A DNA stretch of 63,980 nucleotides, filler included, from Catajapyx aquilonaris (taxonomy: Eukaryota), in assembly GCA_000934665.2 (NCBI GenBank). It is 3 parts of 3 records of this genome, joined end to end, with 100 filler letters (N's around TTAATTAATTAA, not from the genome) between each part and the next. Parts side by side here need not be neighbours in the genome. Positions count along the whole stretch, not along the records: positions 43,165 to 63,980 come from KZ539490.1; 2 more parts are not named here. One strand, given 5' to 3'. Under the pieces are notes generated by a model. It was given only the letters and a program-made list of their open reading frames with translations. It ran no database searches and was not told the origin of the DNA. The translations under genes and the position numbers were made by a program. Positions 53,075 through 63,980 of this stretch are shown here, one piece after another; the first letter of the stretch is position 1, and each line of letters opens with the position of its first letter.

Positions 53075-54045
53075 AAAATTATATTTAATGAAAAGTTTAG
53101 CATGCCATTATTATATCCTATATCATTGGCCGGTTCAAAATGTAACTTCCGAATGCTCATGCACTCTATAATAATGCTTTACCGATGACCGTCTATTGAA
53201 CAGTTTCAAGAAGAGGATTGTATGTTCTTGAAAATAAATCTTCACTGTCTGACTATGATCAAGTTATGAAATCCAAATCTTCTGTGTTCCTTAGTTATTC
53301 ATGTGAACTCTGTATGTATATACGTACGTTTTCCATTATATTTGACACCAGACAGGAGCACCTTCATTTGCAGCCATGAATACAGGATATTCCAGAAGAA
53401 GTCAAAGGTTGTAACTGCAGCACAGTGAGCACACTCTGACAGTGAGTGTGTAAAACACATTATCAATTCTTTGATTAATTTTCGGAGACAGAAGATGCGT
53501 CCCAGGTGGATATTACTCGATATTCAGGATGTTTATTAATATTTGAGCAGATGAGTGAATAAAATTCCATCATTATAGAAGTAAGTACACTTCTGACGTG
53601 TCCTTACCTGCTTAAAATATATTTCTTTGTTTGCGAGAAAAATTGCCATTATTTCGGACTCTCATCCTTTGTTTTAGCCATGCACGGATAATCCGAAGCA
53701 CAGATAAATCCGTACCCTGATAATCGGGAGTACAGTGTAGGCCTACTCCATATCGAACAATTTTACGAGCATATTTTAAGATTATTATAATCACTGACAT
53801 TCACGATTTAGAGACCCTTTAAAATTTTGCCTGATTTCATAGATTTTATGACGTATGTGTTAACCTGTACTGTGTATAGAAATATCGGACAAATGATTTT
53901 CAAACATTTGTGCGGTAAATTTTGAAGACACTATTAAAGATATGTCAATATCTTCAGCATATTTTATCCAACACTGACGTCGAAATTCTTGACATTTCTC
54001 AGTCATTGCTGACAACTTACAACAAATTTAACAGTCAATGCCTTA

Positions 54046-56128
54046 TCTAATATATATTTCAAGACCTATGTCCCTTGGTGTCACCTAAACAGATCCATAC
54101 GGAGGCCTCCACATATGCCCCTGGGGTATCACTAGGGGTAGTTTTTGGCTGGGAAGGTTCTTAGCGCATTGGAATTCACCTCCGAGGTCATCCTTGGCCA
54201 CGGGAGGCGAAAAGGACTTTCGGAGTTTGGCACCCTGTTCTAATAATCCGCATTTTGGTATCAACAATCTTTGCTCAGTTGTCCGGGTTACAATGCCGGA
54301 GGGGTCAACATCGCCCCACCCCCTCCCCCCTTCCCTTCAACTGCTCCATGCCCCCCCNNNNNNNNNNNNNNNNNNNNNNNNNNNNNNNNCCCCCCTTCCC
54401 TTCAACTGCTCCATACCCCCCCCCCCTTCATTAAACTTTCGACATTTCATTTTATACAAACACATTTTTTAAAAAAAATACCGTTGCCACGGCAACAGCT
54501 TTCCTTCGAAATAAACAGGGGTTTTGTCCCTCTCCCTACCTGTGTGCATTATCAATAGTAGCATTGGCAGATGAAGCTCATCGGATACACGCAGAGTTCG
54601 GCAAAGGAAGGACCGGGAGACTGAGGAATAGAACACCATCAGGCACGTCTGAGTGCTAAAGCTATAAACCAGCTATTCGAGACAAAGAGAGCAGGAGAGT
54701 GATGAGGTGGAACGTCAGGCCCGTCTCAGTGCTGATGTCGCCAGACACTCCGCCTGCAGACAAAATGAGTCTGCTGAAGAAAACCAAGCCAGACTCCACT
54801 CTTTGAGAAACGCGGCCATCAGCCGGAGATTAGCTCCATTTTCATCAACCCGCCTCCTAAATGCCGCTTTCCAACTATACTCCACAACAGACATGGACTA
54901 TTCTTCTGTCGATGTTGTTGCAATTGGTTCTATGTCAGAGGTATGCCAACAATGTCAGGCAAAGAAGTGGAAGGGTGAAACAAAATCGATCTGTTATTGC
55001 TCCAATGGAATAAAGGTTAGTTTTCCTACCTCTCCTGGCTGAGCCTCCACAGCTACTTAAAATGCTCCTCTTAGGTACTATCGGGTTCAAATACTTTTGG
55101 CCACTTTATCCTGGTCTAGAAGCAACCCTTCACATACACACACACACCTCCTTAACGTCGGGCTGTGCGAAGGGTTGCTTCAAGACCAGGAGAAAGTGGC
55201 CAAAAGTATTTGAACCCGATAGTACATCACCTAATAATTCAGAACATTTCCTGAAGACCATCGGAAATTACAATTCGGCCTTCCAGATGACATCTTTTGG
55301 GGCCAACGTTGTTAGAGAAGGGGGCTTCATGCCTACATTCAAAGTGCAAGGGCAAATTTACCATTGCATGGGATCACTCCTTCCTTCAGAAAATGAGATT
55401 CCACGGTTTCTGCAACTTTACTTTGTGGGGAACATGCAACAGCAGCAGGCGGAATACCGTTGCACCTATTTAAACGGCACACGCCTCGACATCATATTGC
55501 AACTTCAGGAGACGATCCATTCCACTCACACGTTTACGTCAAAAGCATCAAACTTGGCACTTGAGAGTCCTCCTCCTCTGGAATTTGACTTGGTCATCGA
55601 TGCAGACAAGCGACCACAAGGTGAGCATCGTGGTCGATTCAATCAACCTTCTTGCAATGAGATTGCTGTCATCATGAGTGGTCAGGAGCATGGTAATAAG
55701 AGGGATTATTGTGTTGAAGCTTCGAGACAACACGCTTCATCTATGCAATTATGAACGTAATTGGCTATATACCAAATATTGCATGTGCATCAATCCAAAC
55801 AACACACTATACGGATGCCAGATTCTAAGCTCTGCTATGTTGGAGCTTCTATACATACATTTTCTTCTACATTTACTGCACAACCTTCAATTTTTCACTA
55901 CATACTTTTGCTGGATTTTGAAGGTGTATTGTGTATTTTCTTACAATCCGACATCCGCAGTGCGTTGTTTTGACTTCATGCACATGCATGTTACAGGTAT
56001 GCCAACATGGTATAGCCATAATTATTACAAAGGTAACTACCAAATCAATAATAAAGTAATATAAGTAATATAAGTCACTCCTATGGAAAAGTCTTTCATA
56101 ACCCGAGCAACGCCGGGTATCCTGCTAG
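54046..56128 (+). mobile_element. Internally deleted Helitron with RepHel N-terminal remnants
   Basis: A|TCTAATATATA start; CCCGAGCAACGCCGGG-TATCCTG-CTAG|T end; motifs IGSMSEVCQQCQAKKWKGE..CYCSNG, YNSAFQMTSFGA, TFKVQGQIYH..GSLLP, FLQLYF, HRGRFNQP..NEIAV. Confidence 0.92.
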
Positions 56129-56670
56129 TGGTGTCACTAATTCTTTCGGACTCTTTCTCATCATCGTAAAAAAGTCCGATAAAACGGCTCTGTCTGTCCG
56201 TCCGTCCGTCCGTCCGTCTGTCCGTTGTGGACAGTATCAGGGCCTCAACCGCAAAAGATAGCGACAAACTGTTTTCATATTAGGATTAAGCGTGACCTAA
56301 ATAGGTGTCATGGTCAACTTCCGGTGACCCGCCACTTCCGGATTTCCGGGTGCATTGTATCCGCCAAGATTAAATTTGCAGGCAGGTAACAATATATTCA
56401 TTGGCAACGGGAAATGAGACCGCATCGTCGCATCGTGTCGTGTCGAAACGTATCGTATCGGGTTTGTCAGCCTCATTTTCCACTACCCAACGAGAAAAAG
56501 TCTACTCAAATCAGCACGGTCTTGTTTTTGCCTTAATCAATTATCTCCAATGACGATTACAATGATATTGTCAAGGAAATGGCCATCAAAGTTGTCTAGT
56601 AAGAATGAGTTAGAGGTCATTCTGTCGATCTTCTGCACATAGTATAGTTGACCTCATCGTGGCTAATAAT

Positions 56671-57023
56671 ACATATATAATAATCCGGGTAGTGCACGAA
56701 CTCCTTACGAGTTATTATATGGCACGGACCTGTATTATTAGTTTATCACTCATATACAGTATACATTGGACTTGATGACGTAGCGCCCGGGCCCACGGGC
56801 AGGATGACAGGAGGGGATGTGCAAGGTGCAGTGCAATGTCTTAATGTGGCCATTTTTAGTGAACTCCCCCGGGTGGTTTAGTCTGTTGGAAATACCACCC
56901 GAGACGAAGCCAGAGACGACCTGAACTCTGCACGAGATGAAGGGGGTGTCCCTGGGCTGGGATCGAACCCGGGACCTTAACATCCGTGGGCGCATACGTT
57001 ACCGCAGCACCACACAGCCTCCC
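56671..57023 (-). mobile_element. Full-length tRNA-derived SINE family A
   Basis: A/B boxes; 16-bp TSD CATCGTGGCTAATAAT at 56655-56670 and 57024-57039. Confidence 0.93.
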
Positions 57024-58446
57024 CATCGTGGCTAATAATTTCCGATACAAATGGGAATGCGAAGTACGGCATGTCTTCGTACTTCTGAATGTGGTTCTGA
57101 TGAACGTGGTTAATCTAAAGGAGGTTGCAGATGTAACAAAAATTGTCCATCACTTCAAGAATAAGACGAAACGGCGGCGTTTTGCATACGAATTACGCGG
57201 AAGTATTTGTGCCACATTTTTCATCGTATCAATGGTATTATGTTAATATTATGGGTGGCGAAATATTGAAATTATAATATGCAGGACGTCATCAACATAT
57301 TTTGCAACAGACAGGAATAACTTAACTGTTGTAAAATGCATCATCTCACATGGTCAAAATAATTTTAAAAAAATCGTCACTCAAGCGAAAGGCCACGAAG
57401 ACAGCGAATCGCTTTTATTAACAGTAAGTACGGTATATTTGTTCAATTCGACATTCAAACATTTGAGGACGGAGCAACAAAAGGAACCGATTTACGATAG
57501 ATCTGTCATACCTGATCCCCTAAGTAAGATGTGCCTAGTGGCAGCCATGCCATAAGTGTACTTTAACAAAGTGAGAGTCTGTGGAGGTACAATTATTTCC
57601 ATATCTCACACACTTTCCAGACACTAGATAACGGTATAAATATATCATACTTTATTCAAGTTTGTTATTGTCAAATTTCACATGTGAAGATGTGATTCAC
57701 GTAATACTGTGGATTGTGCTGTAGCTGAACAGATCGGTAGTGCACGATCTTCATCAAGTCTGTAAGGTAAGGGTCAGTAGATCTACAATATTATGAGTAC
57801 CGTCCACAGCTGCGTGTCGACAATGGAACGAATGAAAATGAATATATTATTCTACTTTAGTTCATAGAATGAAAATTTAATCAGTTGCAATTAGACCTTT
57901 TACTATTGATAGCCGATAATATTAGGTGCTCTCTTAAGTTTGCAATTTGCGACTATTAATGGGGTATAAATATGTGCGACAAACAAAAGTAGGCATATTG
58001 TAGTTTTGAATAACTGGAATTATTTAGGCTAAATATGGTTTTCCTTATATTCATCTGGCTAACTTTTCTGGATCGTCGTGGAGACAGACCTGAATATTCG
58101 AAGATCTTGATCAGTGGGATCGATCTAGTCCCGAGCCAAGTGCCCTATTTTATAGCAACTGCTACATTCGACCACCTGGCAGTCAAGAGACACCTGGATT
58201 GGGCGCAACAAGCTGCACATAAATTGCTACTTCTGGCGATGTCAGGGATAACTACAAACGAACCACAAACTTGGAACACTCTGTGTATACAGTACGTATA
58301 ATGATTTCTATGACTATAACGAATTCATGGCAGTAGACTTCCTTCTGACTCCATAAAGTGAAGCTCAGAGGTTCTCATTCCTGACTGTGGAAGTTACACG
58401 TATTTAGATTTTTAAAAGGAACTCTTTGGTACCTTTTTCAGATAAC

Positions 58447-61302
58447 ATGATGACTTATCAAAAAATATCCAGGCGTAAAGTGATAATCATTTTGTGCACA
58501 GCAGCCATGATCTATCTCTTCGCCTGTATACATGTGCGGTCTGTCTCAGGTATGTGAGGGGTCAATATTACGAGTAAAGGCATAGTACTACACAATGTAC
58601 AGTTCCAGTGAAAAAAGTTGGAAAATACCTACATGATACACTAGAATGATAGTACAGTGTGACCCGAGCTGTTGGGTGTGTTGGGCCACACGTAAGAAAG
58701 ACGCAGTGGGTAGGTTCAAGTACAATTAATTCAGCTCGTGGAGCAATGAGTACACAACTGATTAGGTTACATGGAGGGAAAACAGGGAGAGGATGTCCAG
58801 AGTAGCGGACCGACCGAGTGCCAAGATATTCTCCTGGGCACTGGCCTCGATTGTTCAGCAGCACTCGCTTATAAACGGGAGGCCGCAAGGCAGGATGGGA
58901 ATAAGTCGGATTAGAGGCACGTGTTGCTACCCCGGGTGATGGGGGATTGTGTGGGTGAAAGTCACATGATCCTTGCAGGTACACTCATGTCCAAAATGAC
59001 ATTGATACAATGGAGCAAAATTTCAGGACCGGAAAAATCCGGTCACAACAGTATATACTAAATTTTAAATACTACTGCGTAATGTGTAGTTCACTACCTT
59101 TTATATCCATGGACATATCACTTTCTCTGGATTTACTTGCGATAATCCAACCTGTCCTTATTGGTAACCCTGAGTAAATCAGAAGTACGACCTCTAGCTT
59201 TCCCCCCATTTCAGATTTGGCCTATGATCAAAGAGTAAGATCCTGTGGCTGCTCCAATAGGCACATGAACCCTCCAGCAAATCTGAACCTGTCTGAGTCC
59301 ACCTGCAGTTATCACGCTGCTCTGAGGGGCCCAGGTCAGCGTGTCGTCTCGTACAGTTTCTATGGGACTCTGAACCATACCAAAGGATATTTCCGGGTAA
59401 AGAAAAGGCGAGAGAGAGATAAGCATATAGTCTTGCAGGAGTCTATTACCATCAGCAGGAAGCCTGACTCTGGCAGGAGCTAAACTTTGTACAAAGTTTA
59501 GCTCCTTAGTTGAAGTCACTATATAGTGTCATTATTAGATCATCTCGGTTCTTTGTATTACTGAAGGAAGGGGAATTCTGTATTGTTACAGGGCATTGAA
59601 GCCAACGCAATGAACCTACCCGAGTATTACCCGGGATGGACCATGCGAGTGTATCACAACATCTCCAGGGAGGACAATGAGACTCACAGCCTCCTTTGTC
59701 AGCTGGAGTGCCGATTTCCCTACTTGGATTTCTGCAATGTGTCTGAAACTCCGATGCACGGAAACCTCGCCAGTAAGCGTCATATTGTGTTCCATAAATG
59801 AACTGAACTTGGGTGTCTATAAGCCATACTAATATTATTATTTAACGATGTTTCAGAGTGGACTGCAGCGGCCTGGAGGTTCCTTCCCCTGGGTGATCCT
59901 CAGGTTGACTGTTTGGCCAGTAGAGACCTGGACAGTCGTTTCTCAGACAGAGAGTTGGCAGCAGTGGAAGAGTGGATCCAATCGGGGAAGACATGGCACA
60001 GCATGAGGGATCATCCTGCTCATCGCTGGGCCCCAATATTTGGTAATAGGGGGCAGTTTTAGGCAGTGGGAGTGCGAATGAAAGAGTCATAGGCAGTCTC
60101 GGTTCAAGAGTAAAATAATTGTCCTGCTATACCAATTCGCATTATAAAAATGTATGTACGGTATATGGTAAATTAGAAGCTAAGTGTTTTCATAGCCTAT
60201 AATAACCCTTACTACAGTATTTCAAAGTAAGAGTATTAGTATTAGTAAGCAACATATGGCAAAATCTTCTAACCATTACCGACACTTCAACTGGAACATA
60301 GCATGTAATTTAGATTTTCCCATTTTTCTGAGGATTTCAAAACATTTCCGTTACTTTACATTTCAGCTGGCTTGTGGGGGGCTAATGTTACGAAGAAGCG
60401 AGACTTGATGAGGCGCATTATGAAAGACCTATTTCGCAAGCCTGTACATCACCACTACGGCAGAGACCAAGCGATGCTACGTGAAGCAGTATGGCCTCAC
60501 TTTGAAGGTGAACATGATTGGTGTTCATATAGTGAGTGTACACTAAGATAAACTTCAATGGTGAACATCTTGGCACCCAGAATATTACGCTTGCAGGGCT
60601 TTATACGTTATTATTCAAAACTTGTTAATATACTGTGTAATTATGCACTATTATGGTAAACAAGTACTTTTTAGCTAGTAGAATTATTTAGCGATAAATA
60701 TTCTTTGTTGCTGCGTGATAAGTATAGTGCTGGACATTAATTCCTTCGTACTGCTAGCGACATTTACCCAAGCGGCAGAAGAGCACATGGAAGTGATGGA
60801 GTGTAAGCCGTGCGAGTAAGAAATGGTAGGCCCTGGGTGACGTCACTGGCTGGGTGCAATCGCGGAAAAGGCTTGCGCCCAGCTAGTGATGTCACCCATG
60901 CCTACCATTTCTTACACGCACGGCTCATACTCCATCAGATCGATGTGCTCTCCTGCCACCTTGGAAAATGTCGCCCGAAGTACGACGAAATTAATGTCAT
61001 CACTCTGTACTGTCCCCTGGATAGAAACAAAATCAGCGTACACTATTTATCAACATTCCTCCATTTGTGTAATATTGTCCTTCCCATTCCTTCTGCTTCA
61101 AACTGCAGGCGACAGCGTCCGTCACGACAGCTACCACTGTAAAGAATATCCGTCGAAAGATGTTCGTCCGTGGCCCACACCCAGAAGGAATGATACTGAT
61201 CACAACTTTGTTGGGTCATGCATAGGGTACAGGAGTAAAATGACAAAAATATGTCCACCAGAGTGCAGGCCCAAAGATCATCAGGACTGGCTCCTTTGCT
61301 GA
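58447..61302 (+). CDS. Uncharacterised type-II membrane putative glycosyltransferase, copy 2
   Basis: Same six-exon structure as copy 1; upstream 57640-58550 duplicates 48700-49693. Confidence 0.85.
58658..59047. mobile_element. Solo LTR (gypsy-like) in intron 1 of copy 2
   Basis: TGTGACC...GGTCACA termini; 4-bp TSD ACAG; 390 bp; absent from copy 1. Confidence 0.7.
60725..61007. mobile_element. Degenerate MITE related to 235-396
   Basis: Imperfect inverted arms sharing ctagcgacattt-ccc-aagcggcagaag with the 235 element. Confidence 0.6.
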
Positions 61303-62863
61303 CCACCAATGTCTACATGCAGATGACTGAGGAACTTCGAAATCAGATCTTACTTCGATCAAGCACGCACAAGAACAAGAAACCGGGCTTTACAGGGTGC
61401 TTCGCAATGATTCTGGAAAACTTCTAGATGGCATGATCACAACCTGAGAATGTACCCCCGCGAGCATAAAGATGGAGACGGCAGGCCCTTTTTTGACCTT
61501 TCTTTATCCGACTCAAATTAATGAACTCTTTTTGGACCGAGTTAGCTGCTTCATGCGTGTGTTCGTGTATTTGTGTAAGTATATTTTGATACCATAATAG
61601 CTGAGATTGGCAGAGCAGCCTGCCGAAGGTGAGAGCTTTCCGTCTCCATCTTTATGCTCGCGGGTGTACCTATAAGGATATCGCCTACTTTACGTTTGAG
61701 GTCATTTATTTTAGTTTTTACTAACAATGTTTTCACAACCTAAATGACACCCCTACATAAAATTATTCCTGAGGCCCAAGCACTCGCGAATGAAGTTTGC
61801 ATGAATCGATGTGAAACATCATGTAGGCCTACACCTCCAATACATACTGGAAGCTGTAATTGTGTGTATCGGTGGATTAAAAATATAACTACTGTAGATC
61901 ACAACTAAAAAAGTTGCAATGGTATTCACTTCAAGAAAATTGTTGGACTGTGTTTCATCGTCACGACAAATTAACAAATTGTCCCCAAGATTGTCCCTCA
62001 TATAAGGGAACAAGAAGGTACCATGAAGGCCTAACCTTTTGGCCAGAACCCACAGAGAAGTGTATACTGACGCTTGCCCAGACGACCCAGTGTTTCACAC
62101 GGTTTCAACCATAACGATTCCGTAATAAGAGTTGACCTGTATTTCGGGAAGCACCCTCTGGTCCTGACTGAAGAACATGTTCTTCAGTCAGTGGTGTACT
62201 GTACAGGTACAGACACATCCCCACGAGTGAAATGGATGATCACGTTATAAACATTTTTCTACACTGAAAATTCTTGGACAGCAAGTTGTACACGATACAC
62301 AGTGTAGGGTAGGTCATTACTTTCTTAAATTACTCACACATTTTCCTTGTGATATATTCTTCAGAGGCAAGGTCGCAGTCGTAAGTGTCACATTTGCGAA
62401 GGGTTTGCATCTAGTTGTCCTTAAAAAGTAGCAGCAGGGGTGTGACGCAAAATTTGGGTAGGCTACAATATAATTATTCTTTTTCATACCCTGATATAGG
62501 TAGGCTGGTAGGCTACTGTCTGTGGGGAAATCTTGGCAATTTTGAAAGCTATCTCATTCACACATCAAAAGGACCTGATCAAGGTTACCCTGAGTAGCCC
62601 TGCAACCCAAACGACAAAAATTAGGCTCATCGCGTAGTGTATTTTCTATGCACCTAGTTGTACGCTAAACCCCGCTGTGTTCGCCACTCACTGTATCTTT
62701 GATGTGGTAGGTGTTGCTATCTGGCGGCCTTGGTAGTATTCAAAATATGTTGCCAACATGGGGCACCATATCATAATGACAGTTGCGCCAACGACAATAT
62801 TATGTGGGTTTACACTCTCCCCTAAAAGAGAGAGGGGCGGACTCGAGATGGCGTTCGTTACCG

Positions 62864-63090
62864 AAGCAGTAGTGGCGGAGGGGATTTGGTATCCGACTGC
62901 TAATCGGGAGGTCCTGGGTTCGAGTCCCGGAGGCCGGCGGTCCTGACCTTGGTTTTCTGTGGTTTTCCAAGGTCGCCCCAGGAATAATTTCCGGGATCGT
63001 ACCGTAAAATAGGCCACAGCCGCTTCCTTCCTCTCCCTGTCCTGGAGGAGGTGCGGGTTAGTCGGGGATTTCTAACTCGCCTCTAGGGGG
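62864..63090 (+). mobile_element. tRNA-derived SINE family C
   Basis: A-box-like TGGCGGAGGGG, B-box GGTTCGAGTCC; body GGTTTTCTGTGGTTTTCC...CCGGGATCGTACC..AAATAGGCCACAGCCGCTTCCTTCC resembles widespread arthropod SINE bodies; 3' end uncertain. Confidence 0.7.
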
Positions 63091-63980
63091 TCATCTTGGC
63101 GAACGGGCCCCCTGAGGGACTGCACACGACCCCCAACTTGATGACATTGCACATGCACCAGTGTCCCCCCCCCCTCCTATCCCCACCCTGTCCCTGCACA
63201 TAGTGGTATTCCACTCCCCTAAGAGAGCCCATGGCTCTAGCACGGGGTATATCTAAAAAAAATGGCGTTCGTTGGCAAAGCAAGGCCGAACTCTTTCTCC
63301 AAACTGTTGAAGGTCACCAGTTAGAAGCATTCTTCCATTGAATGACATATTATATTTTATATTAGAGTGACTTGACAGCAACATTTTGATCCAACTCCCT
63401 TGCGTTGCCAAGTTTAACTGATCTGCTCCAATCTAAAGACACGAATCATTTGGCCATGCGGATTGCCTTTCTGAGTCAGGATAACTTTGAACAGGTCCTT
63501 TATGCCGATTTACTTTAGGCCGATGTGTTGCTGGAACCTATCTCAGGCTATAAACGGGTAGGCCTACTTCCTGTATTATCATTTGTGTGTGTTGGGAAAG
63601 CTGGCAAAAAATGCGACGGCATGTGGTGATGTATATAAAACAAGCATGTTAATGCACTACGGTGCATTAACAGGCTTGGTTGGTGCACCTTCGGTGCACG
63701 TGCCATGCACGTGTTTAATGTTTTAATGTTATACACGACTCCTGCTTTTTGATGGGAAAGTCGGGCCTCTTCTATAATATATTGAAATACGGTATATTAC
63801 AAGGGATTAACCACTTCGGTATGTACAGTAGGCCTACTTCGGTGTATACACCTGGGGGAGGATTCACAAAAGAGCGCAACTTACGAGCGCGTAAGTGATT
63901 TACACCCATATCTTTACGCTTCCCTTACAACCGGTTGTAGGGAGAGGTGTAAAGTGATTCACAAAGCGGCGCAGCACTCG

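Overview
Eukaryotic nuclear DNA with short (~55-120 nt) GT-AG introns; gene content (ABCH transporters, DUOXA/Nip, beta4GalNAcT) suggests an arthropod, possibly a crustacean (inference). No prokaryotic features. Genes: a 6-finger C2H2 zinc-finger gene (-) with a decayed tandem copy; four tandem SLC22-like transporters (+); a DUOXA-like gene (+); one complete and one gap-truncated ABCH transporter (-); the C-terminal half of a DUF2236/MpaB-like gene (-); a GT7 beta-1,4-Gal/GalNAc transferase (+); two tandem uncharacterised type-II membrane putative glycosyltransferases (+); and an H2A fragment fused to a SINE. TEs are dense: a P-superfamily element nested in a mariner MITE, piggyBac and LINE fragments, a Helitron family, hAT/Tc1 MITEs, a solo LTR and four tRNA-SINE families. 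Most notable: (1) a SINE family whose 3' module keeps its fold while its sequence is replaced, with a possible pseudoknot; (2) a large excess of the palindrome (G)TAGGCCTA(C), probably excision footprints, with a candidate source MITE in the window; (3) the glycosyltransferase-like pair with a near-identical tract ending at the predicted active-site motif. Exon boundaries were read by eye and family names come from motif recognition, not database searches.
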